DNA of 64,000 nt from Thermoanaerobaculia bacterium (GCA_038245905.1 JBBRRY010000017.1:7793-71792); one strand, 5' to 3'. Counted from the stretch's first letter, positions 11,788 through 21,832 are shown. Notes: a model not told the origin generated them from the sequence alone. Program-made: numbers and translations.

Positions 11788-12006
11788 ATGTCGAAGGAAG
11801 ACGCCATCGAAGTGACCGCAACGGTGATCGAGCCGCTGCCGAACGCGATGTTCAAGGTCGAGTTGGAAAACAAACATCAGGTGCTCGCACACATCTCCGG
11901 CAAGATGCGGAAACATTTCATCCGAATCCTGCCGGGAGACAAGGTCCTCGTCGAACTCTCGCCGTACGACCTGACGCGCGGGCGCATCATCTACCGGTAC
12001 AAGTGA
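11788..12006 (+). CDS. infA: translation initiation factor IF-1
   Basis: 72 aa S1-like IF1. Confidence 0.95.
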   Translation: MSKEDAIEVTATVIEPLPNAMFKVELENKHQVLAHISGKMRKHFIRILPGDKVLVELSPYDLTRGRIIYRYK

Positions 12007-12019
12007 ATCGAGGTCTCGC

Positions 12020-12133
12020 ATGAAAGTCCGCACGTCCGTCAAGAAGATCTGCAGCAAGTGCAAGGTGATCCGCCGCGCCGGCGTGGTGCGGGTCATTTGC
12101 GAGAACGTCAAGCACAAGCAGCGTCAGGGCTGA
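12020..12133 (+). CDS. rpmJ: 50S ribosomal protein L36
   Basis: 37 aa [37 protein letters not shown], found by hand (below ORF-track size cut-off). Confidence 0.9.
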   Translation: MKVRTSVKKICSKCKVIRRAGVVRVICENVKHKQRQG

Positions 12134-12146
12134 AGAGGAATTCGCA

Positions 12147-12530
12147 ATGGCTCGTATCGCAGGCGTCGACCTTCCCCCGAACAAGCGCGTCGAAATCGGC
12201 CTGACCTACATTTTCGGGATCGGCCGTCCAAGCTCCGGAAAGATCCTGGAGACCGCAAAGGTCGACCGGAACACGCGCGTCAAGGATCTCTCCGAGGACG
12301 AGGTTTCCCGGATCCGCAAGACGATCCAGGACGACTATGAGGTCGAGGGCGATCTCCGCAAGGAGACGTCCCAGGACATCAAGCGGCTCATGGAGATCGG
12401 CTGCTATCGCGGCGTCCGGCACCGCCGGAACCTCCCCGTCCGCGGTCAGCGCACACACACGAACGCCCGCACGCGGAAGGGGCCCCGCAAGGGCGCCGTG
12501 GCCGGCAAGAAGAAGGCTACGAAAAAGTAG
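12147..12530 (+). CDS. rpsM: 30S ribosomal protein S13
   Basis: 127 aa S13. Confidence 0.95.
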   Translation: MARIAGVDLPPNKRVEIGLTYIFGIGRPSSGKILETAKVDRNTRVKDLSEDEVSRIRKTIQDDYEVEGDLRKETSQDIKRLMEIGCYRGVRHRRNLPVRGQRTHTNARTRKGPRKGAVAGKKKATKK

Positions 12531-12534
12531 GTAA

Positions 12535-12969
12535 ATGATGGCTACACCAACTGAAGCTTCCGCGACCGCGAAACCCGCGACTCCCAAGGGCAAGAAGAAG
12601 GGTCCGAAAAGGGATAAGAAGAACATCCCACACGCGCTAGCGACGGTGCAGGCGTCCTTCAACAACACGATCGTCTCGATCACCGACCAGCAGGGCAACG
12701 TCCTCGCCTGGTCGTCGGCGGGGCGCATCGGGTTCAAGGGCTCGCGCAAAGGCACCCCCTTCGCGGCGCAGCTGGCCGCCGGGAACGCCGCGCAGATCGC
12801 CCAGGAGAGCGGCGTCCGCTCGCTGGACGTCCGCGTGAACGGACCGGGCGCCGGCCGCGAGAGCGCGATCCGAGCCCTCGCAGCCGCGGGCATCGACATC
12901 CGTTCCATCAAGGACGCGACGCCGATCCCGCACAACGGCTGCCGCCCGCGCAAGCGGCGGCGGGTCTGA
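12535..12969 (+). CDS. rpsK: 30S ribosomal protein S11
   Basis: 144 aa S11. Confidence 0.95.
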   Translation: MMATPTEASATAKPATPKGKKKGPKRDKKNIPHALATVQASFNNTIVSITDQQGNVLAWSSAGRIGFKGSRKGTPFAAQLAAGNAAQIAQESGVRSLDVRVNGPGAGRESAIRALAAAGIDIRSIKDATPIPHNGCRPRKRRRV

Positions 12970-12976
12970 GAGGCGC

Positions 12977-13013
12977 CCCTCTTACCTTCTAAGAATTCTT
13001 CGGAATTCTTCGT
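12977..13013 (+). repeat. AT-rich element (CCCCTCTTACCTTCTAAGAATTCTTCGGAATTCTTCG), intergenic rpsK-rpsD
   Basis: exact core TTCTAAGAA plus tandem GAATTCTTCG. Confidence 0.7.
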
Positions 13014-13094
13014 CCGTAAACCGAGCTCTCGATTCCGGGCCGGGAAGAAGGACGCAATGAAATGACGGAATCGGACGAGAGGTCGTGATTTCCC

Positions 13095-13721
13095 GTGGCT
13101 CGTTATCGTGAATCGGTCTGCCGGCTCTGCCGGCGCGAAGCAATGAAGCTGTTCCTCAAGGGGGACCGCTGTTTCACCAACAAGTGCGCGATCGAGCGCC
13201 GCAATTTTCCGCCCGGCCAGCACGGCAAGCGTCGCTCCAAGATCCTCGGCTACGGCATCCAGCTTCGTGAGAAGCAGAAGCTGAAGAGGTTCTACGGGGT
13301 GCTCGAGGGCCAGTTCCGGCTCACGTTCGAGGCCGCCGAGCGCATGCGCGGCGTCACGGGCGAGAACCTCCTCTCGCTCCTGGAACGCCGTCTCGACAAC
13401 GTCGTTCACCGCCTCGGCTTCTCCGGCTCGCGCGCTCAGGCGCGCCAGCTCGTCCGTCACGGGCATGTCCGCGTGAACGGCAAGAAGGTGAACGTGCCGA
13501 GCTATGTCGTCGGCACGGGCGCCCTCGTCTCCGTCAAGGAGAAGAGCAAGGCGAATCCGCTCATCGCCGGCGCCGTCGAAACGGCCAAGGGCCGCGGAAT
13601 CCCGGCGTGGCTCGAGCTGAACGCGGCGGAATTCCAGGGCAAGGTCGTCAAGCTTCCGAAGCGCGAAGACGTCGCGCTGCAGGTCAACGAAAAGCTCATC
13701 GTCGAGCTGTACTCGAAGTAG
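13095..13721 (+). CDS. rpsD: 30S ribosomal protein S4
   Basis: 208 aa S4, GTG start; 125-nt spacer after rpsK carries an AT-rich element. Confidence 0.93.
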   Translation: MARYRESVCRLCRREAMKLFLKGDRCFTNKCAIERRNFPPGQHGKRRSKILGYGIQLREKQKLKRFYGVLEGQFRLTFEAAERMRGVTGENLLSLLERRLDNVVHRLGFSGSRAQARQLVRHGHVRVNGKKVNVPSYVVGTGALVSVKEKSKANPLIAGAVETAKGRGIPAWLELNAAEFQGKVVKLPKREDVALQVNEKLIVELYSK

Positions 13722-13784
13722 TTCCGTCACGAACACTCCCGCGCGCGCCGCTCAGCGGATCAGTCGCAGGGACAGGAGAAACAG

Positions 13785-14756
13785 ATGTTGTGGAAGGGTT
13801 TTCAACGTCCGAACCGTCTCGAGGTCGATGAAGAGAAGGGCAACTACGGCCGTTTCACGGCGCAACCGCTCGAGCGGGGCTGGGGCACGACGGTCGGCAA
13901 CGCGCTTCGCCGCGTTCTTCTCTCGTCGATCGAGGGTGCCGCGGTCACCGCGGTGAAGATCGAGGGCGTGGAGCACGAGTTCACGGCCGTCCCGGGCGTC
14001 GTCGAAGACGTCACGGACATCATCCTCAATCTCAAGGGCCTCGCGATTCGTCTGCACGATGACGGCCCGCGCGCGCTCACGCTCGACGTCAAGACGAAGG
14101 GCGGCGTGACCGCCGACGCCTTCGAGGACGACGCGCAGCTCGAGATTCTCAATCCCGACGCCCCCGTCGCGACGCTGGCCGACGGAGGCCGCCTGCGTCT
14201 CGAGGCCACGGTCAGCAAGGGCCGTGGCTATGTGCCGGCCGACCGCAACTTCGACCCGGAGGCACCGATCGGAACGATTCCGCTCGATTCGGCCCACTCG
14301 CCCGTGCGCCGCGTGAACTATCACGTCGAGGCGGCTCGCGTCGGCCAGGCGACGGACTACGACAAGCTCGTCATCGAAGTCTGGACGAACGGCACGATCA
14401 CTCCGCGCGACGCCGTTGGCGTGGCCGCGGTTCTCATCCGCGACCATCTCGCGATTTTCGTGAACGTCGAGACGGACGAGGCGGCCCAGGCGGCCGGAGC
14501 CGAGATGCCCCAGAGCGAGCTCGACGCTCTGCTCGACACGAACGTCGAGGAGCTCGAGCTTTCCGTGCGCAGCGCGAATTGCCTCAAGAACGCCGGCATC
14601 CGCACGCTTCGCGAGCTGGTCCAGAAGACCGAAAGGGACATGCTCGAGACGAAGAACTTCGGGCGGAAGAGCCTGAACGAGATCAAGGACATCCTGCGCG
14701 ACAAGGGCCTCGCCTTCGGCATGAAGCTCGAGTCTCCGGCCGGCGCGGGTCGCTGA
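13785..14756 (+). CDS. rpoA: DNA-directed RNA polymerase subunit alpha
   Basis: 323 aa RpoA NTD+CTD. Confidence 0.95.
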   Translation: MLWKGFQRPNRLEVDEEKGNYGRFTAQPLERGWGTTVGNALRRVLLSSIEGAAVTAVKIEGVEHEFTAVPGVVEDVTDIILNLKGLAIRLHDDGPRALTLDVKTKGGVTADAFEDDAQLEILNPDAPVATLADGGRLRLEATVSKGRGYVPADRNFDPEAPIGTIPLDSAHSPVRRVNYHVEAARVGQATDYDKLVIEVWTNGTITPRDAVGVAAVLIRDHLAIFVNVETDEAAQAAGAEMPQSELDALLDTNVEELELSVRSANCLKNAGIRTLRELVQKTERDMLETKNFGRKSLNEIKDILRDKGLAFGMKLESPAGAGR

Positions 14757-14763
14757 GGAATCC

Positions 14764-15402
14764 ATGCAGCACAATCGAGCGGGCCGCAAGCTCGGCCGGA
14801 CGACAGCGCATCGCAAGTCGCTGTTTCGGAACCAGCTTTCGTCCCTCATTACCCACGAGCGGATCCAGACGACGCTGCCGAAGGCGAAAGACCTCCGGCC
14901 GCTCATCGAGAAGATGGTCACCCTCGGAAAGCGGGGCGGTCTACACGCGCGACGTCTCGCCCTGAAGACCATCCCTGAGGCGACGACTGTCAAGAAGCTC
15001 TTCGAGGAGATCGCGCCGCGCTTCAAAGAGCGGGCCGGTGGCTACACTCGCATCATGAAGCTCGGACGGCGTCAAGGCGACGGCGCCGAGATGGCAATCC
15101 TCGAGTTCATCGACTTCGACTGGGCGCACCGCCAGGCGGCCAAGAAGGTTGCCGCGAAGGCCGCCGACGAGAAAAAGCAGTCGCTTCTCGAGAAGGCCAA
15201 GAAGCTCGTCTCGGGCAAGAGTGACGACAAGGCCGAGAAAAAGGGCGACGGCGCCGAAGGCTCTGATGACGCCGAGAAGGCCGAGAAAAAGGCCAAGGTG
15301 CCTGTCGAAAAGAAGAAGGGCTACACGGCTCCGAAGGGACCCAGAGGCTCAGGACCGAAGAGCGGCGGCTCCCACGGCGGCGGCAAGCGCAAGACCGGCT
15401 AG
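14764..15402 (+). CDS. rplQ: 50S ribosomal protein L17 with ~100 aa K/A/E-rich C-terminal extension
   Basis: L17 core in first ~115 aa. Confidence 0.92.
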   Translation: MQHNRAGRKLGRTTAHRKSLFRNQLSSLITHERIQTTLPKAKDLRPLIEKMVTLGKRGGLHARRLALKTIPEATTVKKLFEEIAPRFKERAGGYTRIMKLGRRQGDGAEMAILEFIDFDWAHRQAAKKVAAKAADEKKQSLLEKAKKLVSGKSDDKAEKKGDGAEGSDDAEKAEKKAKVPVEKKKGYTAPKGPRGSGPKSGGSHGGGKRKTG

Positions 15403-15410
15403 GTAGACAG

Positions 15411-15460
15411 GAAAGATAGAGAAGAGACTCGGATACGGATTTTCTTAAAAGGTTAAGAGG
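15411..15460 (-). repeat. AT-rich element, SD-like orientation (AGAGAAGAGA...GATTTTCTTAAAAGGTTAAGAGGGG), abutting the rplQ terminator
   Basis: variant core TTCTTAAAA. Confidence 0.6.
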
Positions 15461-15486
15461 GGCCCCGGTTCGCCGGGGCCTTTTTT
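15461..15486. terminator. bidirectional rho-independent terminator (GGCCCCGG-TTCG-CCGGGGCC + T6; A-run on the other side)
   Basis: perfect 8-bp GC stem, 4-nt loop, T tract; lies between convergent rplQ and response-regulator gene. Confidence 0.8.
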
Positions 15487-15500
15487 CATGAGGGGGGCTT

Positions 15501-15893
15501 CTACCCGAGCGCTTTCTCGATCTCCTGTATGAGGACCTTCGTCGAGAAGGGTTTCGTGATGTAGCTCGACGCCCCGAGCCGGAGTCCGAGGTCGCGCTCC
15601 GACGGCAGCGTGCGCGCCGTCAGCATCACGATCGGCAGACGGGACGTGGCCGGGTTTTCCTTCAGGATGCGGCAGACGTCGAAGCCCGTGAGGCCGGGCG
15701 TGAGGGACACGTCGAGGAGCACGAGGTCGGGCGCTTCCTCGCGCACCATCCGGAGGGCCTCTTCGCCGCCGGTCGCCTCCACAGGCAGGAGTCCCGTCAG
15801 GCGGAGCTTGAAGGAGAGGATCTTCAGGATCGTCGGTTCGTCGTCCACGACCAGGATCTTTCGGCCCGCAAGGCCCGGGGGAAGGCTGCTCAT
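15501..15893 (-). CDS. single-domain response regulator (CheY-like receiver)
   Basis: 130 aa, KILVVDDEP...D-box, receiver-only. Confidence 0.85.
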   Translation of the reverse strand: MSSLPPGLAGRKILVVDDEPTILKILSFKLRLTGLLPVEATGGEEALRMVREEAPDLVLLDVSLTPGLTGFDVCRILKENPATSRLPIVMLTARTLPSERDLGLRLGASSYITKPFSTKVLIQEIEKALG

Positions 15894-15900
15894 CGAGCCG

Positions 15901-16290
15901 TCATTCTAGCGAGAGCGCGGCGCCGGTCAGCACGACGACAGCGGCGGCCATCTCCCGCGTGTGGGTGATCGTGACGTGGGCGCCCGTGACGCCGAGGCGC
16001 GCTCCGTGGAGGCGGGCCCGTCCGAAGAGGGCGAGCCGGGGCGGACCGCCGGGACTGCGCACGATGGCGAGCTCGCGAAACGCGATTCCGCGCATTCCTG
16101 TCCCGAGCGCTTTCATCGCCGCCTCTTTCGCCGCGAAGAGCCCCGCGACATGCTCCGCGTACGCCGGCGATTCGGGGGGGCGGCGGACCTCGCCCGGCCG
16201 GAAGAGCCTCTCGGCAAAGCGCGCTCCGTGGCGTGCGATCGCGCGCGCCACCCGTGGAATCTCGCAGAGGTCGACGCCGAGTCCGACCAC
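15901..16290 (-). CDS. acpS: holo-[acyl-carrier-protein] synthase (4'-phosphopantetheinyl transferase)
   Basis: C-terminal 129 aa of long ORF match the AcpS pattern (GVDLCEI..FAAKEAAMKALGTG..HVTITH); GTG start inferred. Confidence 0.75.
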   Translation of the reverse strand: MVGLGVDLCEIPRVARAIARHGARFAERLFRPGEVRRPPESPAYAEHVAGLFAAKEAAMKALGTGMRGIAFRELAIVRSPGGPPRLALFGRARLHGARLGVTGAHVTITHTREMAAAVVVLTGAALSLE

Positions 16291-16334
16291 TCCCGATCCC
16301 GGAGGAAGGCCGTCCTCCGGACCGACGCGGCTGC

Positions 16335-16616
16335 TCACGCAGGCTCCCGCGAGTCCGGCGAAGCCGCATCGCCCTTCATCTCGCGCCTCCACGTCTCGAT
16401 CTCGGAAACTGCGGCCCAGAGGTGCAGGAGCCCGAACCCGAGGAGGAAACTCCGGAAATAGGGCGATTCCAGGAAGGGACGCGTTTTCTCCGGAGACCGT
16501 CCGACGACGCGCACCGTCCAGTACCGGCCCCACGGCGCGAGAGTCAGGAACGCACCGGCCTCGAGGGCGTAGAGGACGAAGAGCGCCCTGAGAAGCCTGC
16601 CGCCGGTTCGTGCCAC
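16335..16616 (-). CDS. small hydrophobic hypothetical protein (2 predicted TM segments)
   Basis: 93-aa ORF in gap between FecR-like gene and acpS; only hydrophobicity, no family assignable. Confidence 0.35.
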   Translation of the reverse strand: MARTGGRLLRALFVLYALEAGAFLTLAPWGRYWTVRVVGRSPEKTRPFLESPYFRSFLLGFGLLHLWAAVSEIETWRREMKGDAASPDSREPA

Positions 16617-16647
16617 CCCCGGATTGTAGAGGGAGGTCGCCGGCGGG

Positions 16648-18453
16648 TCAGGCGCGGCGGAATGCGGCGGCGTGTGCCGATGCGTCGAATGTCCGAAGCG
16701 CGCCTTCGCGCCGCGCCGGGGGAGCCGCGGGAGCCTGAGGCACTGGCGCCGCCGGCTGAGGCGCGGGGGCCGGCGCGGAATGAGGCGCCTCGCGGGGAGC
16801 GGGTGCGGATTCCCGGTGGGTCACAGGAGCCTCGCGAGGAGCGGGCGCGGATTCCCGGGCCGGGGGCGCCTCGCGCGAGCGCTCGACCACGCGGGGCTGC
16901 GGCGCACGCCATCCCGAGTCGTCGTGACGAACCGGCCGTGCCTCCTCGACGCGCCTCGGAATCGGGGCCGGGGCCGGCGAGGAAGGGGAGCGCCACCCAT
17001 CGTCTCGAAGGCGTCGATAGGCGGGGTCCTGGCCAACGCGCACGGCGGTCTTCTTCAGCTCCTCGATCGCTGCCGGCGAAGGCGTGCTTTCGCGGCGGAG
17101 AATCGCCGTCAGGCCCTCGCTCACGGGAGCCCGGCGAGCGCTCTCGGCGCCTGGCAAACGGTGAAGCGCATCCTGGATCGACGCGGCCGGGTTTCCGCCA
17201 CGCTCGAAGCGGAGGGGAGTTGTCGCGATCGTCCCGATCTCACCGGGCCGGAAGCTCACGCGATCCCCGCGCACGATGTCCCGGGCCGGATCCAGCCGGA
17301 CGACGATCCGCCCGGACGGCACGTAGTTCCAGCCGCGCGGATCGATCTGCGAGACTGCGACACGCCCGCGAAGATGCGGGTAGACGGGAACGCGTCCGTC
17401 GCTGACGTTCACGCGGGCGTGCCGGGAACGGGGCTCCCACGAGCCGTAGGTCCCGATCGGGCACCAGCCTATCCAGCCGGGCGTGTAATTCCAGTAGACC
17501 CACGCGGGCGAGTAGTCGTCGCCGGGGCACCACATCCAGCCCAGCATCGAGTCGAAGACCCACGTCCCATAGTGGTACGGGAGCCATCCCCATGGCTCCG
17601 AAGAGACCCACGTGAGGCCCGCAGGCGTCCACCGCCAGTAACCGAGCGCGTACGGCGTCCAGCCGGCGCCCACGCGAGGCCTCCAGCAGGTGCAGCCACA
17701 CGTCGACGAGTACGTCCAGCTTCCAAAGTCGTCGAACGAGGCGTTGTCGTAGTCGTAGCCGAAATCCGAGGAGACGTAACGGGTCGTGTTGCGGCTGTCC
17801 GTCCGGTCGCGCCGTTCCTCGATGAACCGCGCGAAGCGGTCGCGCGGCGAAGCGGACACCTCCACCTCGACGTCGCCGTCGCTGCTCACGAACGCGTATT
17901 CGCCCGCGCGGACGAGGGCGCGTCCGGCCCGGCCCGAGACCTCGACCTTGCCCGACAGAGCGTAGATCTCCGTGCCGCGCCTGCCGGCGTCCACGCGGAA
18001 CAGCGCGCGCGAAGGCGCCAGGATCGTCGCGTCGTCCGTGTCGAGACGCAGGGCGCGCTCGCGCGTCGTCTCTCTCGCCGCCACGTCACGGACCTCGACC
18101 GCCACCGTGCCGCGCGCGAGGAAGAGGAGGTCACGGTCGTCTTCGGCTTCGTACGTGCGGGCCATCCGGTCGAAGCGCAGGTCCGTGTATCCGTCCACGC
18201 GCACCACGTTGCCGTCCGCGAGGACCGCTTCCGCACGCGACCCGACTCCCGTCACGAGGCTGTCTCCCGGGAGAACCGGCATGTTGATCCGGGCCGCGGA
18301 GTCGTCTTCGGCCTTCGAGAGCAGGGAGACGTCGGGCTGTACGTACGAGAGGTACGTGTAGCCCTCCCGCTGGGCGTCCGCGCGACCCGGCGCCAGGGCG
18401 GCGGCGAGAAGGGCGGCTGCGAGAGCGGTGGGCGCCGTCTGGCGGGCGTTCAT
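16648..18453 (-). CDS. secreted FecR-domain protein with W/Y/G-rich aromatic region and C-terminal Pro/Ala-rich tandem repeats
   Basis: internal Met followed by signal peptide (MNARQTAPTALAAALLAAALAPGRADA); FecR-like segment; WxxGW/YxxGW repeats; 3x ~42-nt DNA tandem repeat near 3' end. Confidence 0.7.
   Translation of the reverse strand: MNARQTAPTALAAALLAAALAPGRADAQREGYTYLSYVQPDVSLLSKAEDDSAARINMPVLPGDSLVTGVGSRAEAVLADGNVVRVDGYTDLRFDRMARTYEAEDDRDLLFLARGTVAVEVRDVAARETTRERALRLDTDDATILAPSRALFRVDAGRRGTEIYALSGKVEVSGRAGRALVRAGEYAFVSSDGDVEVEVSASPRDRFARFIEERRDRTDSRNTTRYVSSDFGYDYDNASFDDFGSWTYSSTCGCTCWRPRVGAGWTPYALGYWRWTPAGLTWVSSEPWGWLPYHYGTWVFDSMLGWMWCPGDDYSPAWVYWNYTPGWIGWCPIGTYGSWEPRSRHARVNVSDGRVPVYPHLRGRVAVSQIDPRGWNYVPSGRIVVRLDPARDIVRGDRVSFRPGEIGTIATTPLRFERGGNPAASIQDALHRLPGAESARRAPVSEGLTAILRRESTPSPAAIEELKKTAVRVGQDPAYRRLRDDGWRSPSSPAPAPIPRRVEEARPVRHDDSGWRAPQPRVVERSREAPPARESAPAPREAPVTHRESAPAPREAPHSAPAPAPQPAAPVPQAPAAPPARREGALRTFDASAHAAAFRRA
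16791..16890. repeat. ~42-bp tandem repeat (about 2.4 copies) inside the 3' end of the FecR-like gene, encoding REAP/RESAPAP units
   Basis: direct repeat ggagc(c/g)ggtgcggattcccgg... seen in sequence. Confidence 0.6.
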
Positions 18454-18619
18454 GTCGGGCCTCCGGGCCATCCTATGCGACCTCCGTACCACTATGGGCG
18501 GCGCCTCTCTCGTCCCCCCGCGGGGACGCTTGACCGCGCCCGGGAAGCCCTGCAATCTCAACGTGCTGGCCGACGCTCCTGAAAAGGGGAGAAGAGCCGT
18601 CCCGTCCTCCGGAGTGCAG

Positions 18620-19135
18620 GTGGCCATTCGAGAAATCGTCAAGTACGGGGATCCGCGGCTCGTCGCGAAGAACCGGGCCGTCGACGTGTTCGACGATCCC
18701 GGCCTCGCCGCCTTGCTTCAGGACCTGAAAGAGACCTGCTGGGCGGCTCCCGGCCTCGGTCTCGCCGCCCCCCAGATCGGGGTGAACCTCCGCGTCGCGA
18801 TCGTCGATCTCTCGATCGGGAAGGATCCGGCCCAGGTCATCGTGCTCGTGAACCCCGTCGTCGTGGACGTGCAGGGGCTCATTCGGGAAGAGGAGGGCTG
18901 TCTCTCCTTTCCCGACATGGTGGAGACGGTCGAGCGGCCCGAGAGAGTGACGGTGGAGGCCCTCGACGCCCTCGGAAAGAAGCAGACGTTCGACGGGCGA
19001 GACCTTCTCGCGCGGGCATTCTGCCACGAGGTGGACCACCTCGACCAGCGGCTCTTCGTCGACCGGCTCTCGTCCCTGAAGAAAGGCCTCCTGCTGCGCC
19101 AGGTCGTCAAACGCCAGAAAAGGGGGGTGTGGTAG
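18620..19135 (+). CDS. def: peptide deformylase
   Basis: GTG start gives MAIREIVKYGDPRL N-terminus; GxGLAAPQIG, EGCLS, HEVDHL motifs; GGAG SD 5 nt upstream. Confidence 0.9.
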   Translation: MAIREIVKYGDPRLVAKNRAVDVFDDPGLAALLQDLKETCWAAPGLGLAAPQIGVNLRVAIVDLSIGKDPAQVIVLVNPVVVDVQGLIREEEGCLSFPDMVETVERPERVTVEALDALGKKQTFDGRDLLARAFCHEVDHLDQRLFVDRLSSLKKGLLLRQVVKRQKRGVW

Positions 19136-19171
19136 ACGGCGTCAACAGCCACGATGCCGCGACGCCCGACA

Positions 19172-20074
19172 CTACGCTCCGGCTTTCGCGCGCAGCTCGT
19201 CGACGAGGTTGAGCCGGTGGAGGGTGCGGCCGAGGTGCGCGGCGAACGCCATCAAATGCTCGAGCTCGGGTGATTCGCCTGGTGGAGGAAGCGGTCCGCG
19301 CCGATAGAGGCGCAGCGTGCCGAGGAGCTCCTTGCCGCCGAAGACCGGAGCGGCGGTGATGGTCCAGTCCGGGGTGGCATCGCCCGGGAGGCGCGGCGCG
19401 CGCGCCGTGCGCGGATCCTCGTCGAGGCCGAGCGTCGCGACGAAGCCGGGAGGACTTCCGCCCGGCCAGGTGCTGGAGGCGGCCGCGAGCAGGTCTACGT
19501 GGCCCGTGCGCCGCACGTGCAGCGTGACGCCGTCGGCGCCGAACACGGACGCGATCCGGTCGAGGATCGGGACGAGGAGGCGCGCCCGGAAGTCTTCGGT
19601 CGTGACGCCGTCCTCTTCGACCTTCGCGGAGATCTCCTGCTGCAGCTCGAGAATCTGCGTGCGCGCCGTGAGGGCGTCCAGTAGCTCCTTGATGCGAAGC
19701 GCGTTCTTCACGCGCGCCTTCAGCTCGCGGGCCGAGAACGGCTTCGTGACGTAGTCGTTCGCGAGCGCTTCGAAACCCTGCAGGAGGTCTTCCTCCTCAG
19801 TGCGCGCCGTTACGAAGATGACCTGCGTGCCCGCCGTCGCGCCGACGGTCTTGATCCGGCGGCAGACCTCGTAACCGGAGAGATCGGGCATACGCACGTC
19901 GAGGAGGACGACGTCGGGCCGGCGGGCGTCCACTTTCTCGAGGGCCTCGGTGCCGGACAGCGCGCTTTCGAAGTCGCAGCCCAGCTCGTAGGCGATGTAC
20001 GACGCCACCTCGGCCTGGTAAGGGTCGTCGTCCACGAGGAGGAGCAGGGGCGCGGAGGCGGGCGATCGGAACAT
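19172..20074 (-). CDS. response regulator receiver + GAF domain protein
   Basis: N-terminal REC (LLVDDDP...D...K) and C-terminal GAF-like region. Confidence 0.75.
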   Translation of the reverse strand: MFRSPASAPLLLLVDDDPYQAEVASYIAYELGCDFESALSGTEALEKVDARRPDVVLLDVRMPDLSGYEVCRRIKTVGATAGTQVIFVTARTEEEDLLQGFEALANDYVTKPFSARELKARVKNALRIKELLDALTARTQILELQQEISAKVEEDGVTTEDFRARLLVPILDRIASVFGADGVTLHVRRTGHVDLLAAASSTWPGGSPPGFVATLGLDEDPRTARAPRLPGDATPDWTITAAPVFGGKELLGTLRLYRRGPLPPPGESPELEHLMAFAAHLGRTLHRLNLVDELRAKAGA

Positions 20075-20201
20075 GGCGACCGAGGGTATAGCAGAACCAG
20101 GGAGCGATCAGGGAGCGCTTTTGCCTGGACCGACCTGCGACAGCGCGGATTCGACCCGATGCGCTAGCGAAATCCCTCGCGGTCGTCGAGAATCGCCCGT
20201 C

Positions 20202-21683
20202 GTGACTCTTCGCCTTTACAACACCATGAGCCGCTCGCTCGAGGAGTTTCGTCCCGTCTACCCGGGAAAGATCGGCCTCTACACATGCGGACCCACCGTC
20301 TACAACCGGGTGCACATCGGAAACCTCAGGACATTCGTCTGGGAAGACGTGATGTGCCGCGTCTTTCGCGCCCTCGGCTACGAGACGACCCAGGTGATGA
20401 ACCTCACGGACATCGACGACAAGACGATCCGGGGCGCGTTGGCCGCCGGGCTGCCGCTGCGCGCGTTCACGGACCTTCACATCGCGACGTTCTTCGAGGA
20501 CCTGAAGACGCTCGGCGTCGAGCCGGCGGCGCTCTATCCGCGCGCCACGGAGCACATCCCCGAGATGGTCACGATCGTCCAGAAGCTCGCCGCCCGTGGG
20601 CACACGTACGAGAGCGACGGATCGGTCTGGTTCCGGATCTCGACGTTCCCGGGCTACGGAAGTCTCTCTAAGATCGACCTCACGGCCGTGAAGCGCGGCG
20701 CGCGCGTGGCCGACGACGAGTACGAGAAGGAAGATGTGCGCGACTTCGCGGTATGGAAGGGAGCGAAGGAGGGCGAGCCCGAGTCCGCGACGTGGGCCAC
20801 GGCGCTTGGCCGCGGGCGGCCCGGCTGGCACCTCGAGTGCAGCGCCATGGCGATGAAGTACCTCGGCGAAACGCTCGACATCCACACGGGCGCCGTCGAC
20901 AACATCTTCCCGCATCACGAGAACGAGATCGCGCAGAGCGAAGGCGCGACCGGGAAACCGTTCGTCCATTACTGGCTCCACGCCGAGCACCTCCTCGTGG
21001 ACGGCGAGAAGATGTCGAAGAGCAAGGGGAACTTCTACACGCTTCCCGACCTCCTCGAGAGGGGCTTCTCTCCGCGCGCGATCCGCTACCTCCTCATCTC
21101 GGTCCCGTATCGGATGAAGCTCAACTTCACCTTCGACGGCCTGAAGGCCGCGACCTCCGCGGTCGAGCGGCTGGAGTCGCTCGACCTGCGGCTCAGGGAA
21201 AGAGAGAAAGAGAAGAACAGTTCTTTGAAAGGGGAAGAGGGGGGGAGAGAGGGATTCGAGGGGCGACTGGCGGAGGCGCGGCGTGCGGTCTTTGCCGCCC
21301 TCGAGGACGACCTCAACACGGCCGGCGCTCTCGGGGCGCTGTTCTCGTTCGTCAAGGCGACCAACGTCGATCTCGAGGCGGGCCATCTGTCGGCCTCCGA
21401 CGCAACCGCGGCGCGCGGTCTTCTCCATGAAGTCGCCGGGAACGTCTTCGGAGTCATTGAAAAGACCGCAGGCGACGATGCGCCCTCTTCACCTTCTCAG
21501 AAATCTTCATCCGAATCCCCCGAATCCGATGATGCGTGGATCCTGGAGCGCATCGAGGCCCGAAAGGGGGCTAGAAAGGCCCGGGATTTCAAGGCCGCCG
21601 ACGCGATCCGCGACGAGCTCCTGGGCAAGGGAGTCATCCTCGAAGACACGCCCCAGGGCGTTCGCTGGAAGAGGAAGCCTTGA
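20202..21683 (+). CDS. cysS: cysteinyl-tRNA synthetase
   Basis: HIGN and KMSKS class-I motifs; carries two AT-rich elements (21196-21256, 21483-21520) in the C-terminal domain. Confidence 0.9.
   Translation: MTLRLYNTMSRSLEEFRPVYPGKIGLYTCGPTVYNRVHIGNLRTFVWEDVMCRVFRALGYETTQVMNLTDIDDKTIRGALAAGLPLRAFTDLHIATFFEDLKTLGVEPAALYPRATEHIPEMVTIVQKLAARGHTYESDGSVWFRISTFPGYGSLSKIDLTAVKRGARVADDEYEKEDVRDFAVWKGAKEGEPESATWATALGRGRPGWHLECSAMAMKYLGETLDIHTGAVDNIFPHHENEIAQSEGATGKPFVHYWLHAEHLLVDGEKMSKSKGNFYTLPDLLERGFSPRAIRYLLISVPYRMKLNFTFDGLKAATSAVERLESLDLRLREREKEKNSSLKGEEGGREGFEGRLAEARRAVFAALEDDLNTAGALGALFSFVKATNVDLEAGHLSASDATAARGLLHEVAGNVFGVIEKTAGDDAPSSPSQKSSSESPESDDAWILERIEARKGARKARDFKAADAIRDELLGKGVILEDTPQGVRWKRKP
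21196..21256 (-). repeat. element, SD-like orientation (GAGAGAAAGAGAAGAACAGTTCTTTGAAAGGGGAAGAGGGGGGGAGAGAGGG), in cysS
   Basis: variant core TTCTTTGAA. Confidence 0.6.
21483..21520 (+). repeat. element, 16S-tail-like orientation (CCCTCTTCACCTTCTCAGAAATCTTCATCC), in cysS
   Basis: variant core TTCTCAGAA. Confidence 0.65.
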
Positions 21684-21685
21684 CA

Positions 21686-21697
21686 GTGGCGCGCCAC
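21686..21697. promoter_or_regulatory. perfect 12-bp palindrome GTGGCGCGCCAC immediately after cysS stop; half-site GCGCGCCACTGG recurs at 21731-21742 inside leader ORF
   Basis: seen in sequence; candidate operator or terminator element. Confidence 0.35.
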
Positions 21698-21718
21698 TTC
21701 GGGTCTACTTCCGGAGTC

Positions 21719-21760
21719 ATGATCTTCGTCGCGCGCCACTGGCACGTTCATCACACCTGA
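21719..21760 (+). CDS. candidate attenuation leader peptide MIFVARHWHVHHT (4 His + 1 Trp codons in 13)
   Basis: short ORF with GGAG SD, lying between cysS and the aro-his-trp supraoperon and followed by terminator hairpin. Confidence 0.55.
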   Translation: MIFVARHWHVHHT

Positions 21761-21832
21761 GTCGGCTGCGCCTCGCGCCGCCGGCCCATAGAGGTTCGGA
21801 GGCACGCGGGTTTTCCAACAAGGTCACCCCAA

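Noticed and set aside
20097-20118. Tandem CAGGGAGCG x2 upstream of cysS
   Set aside because: Only two short copies; could be chance. No recognisable T-box or promoter architecture.
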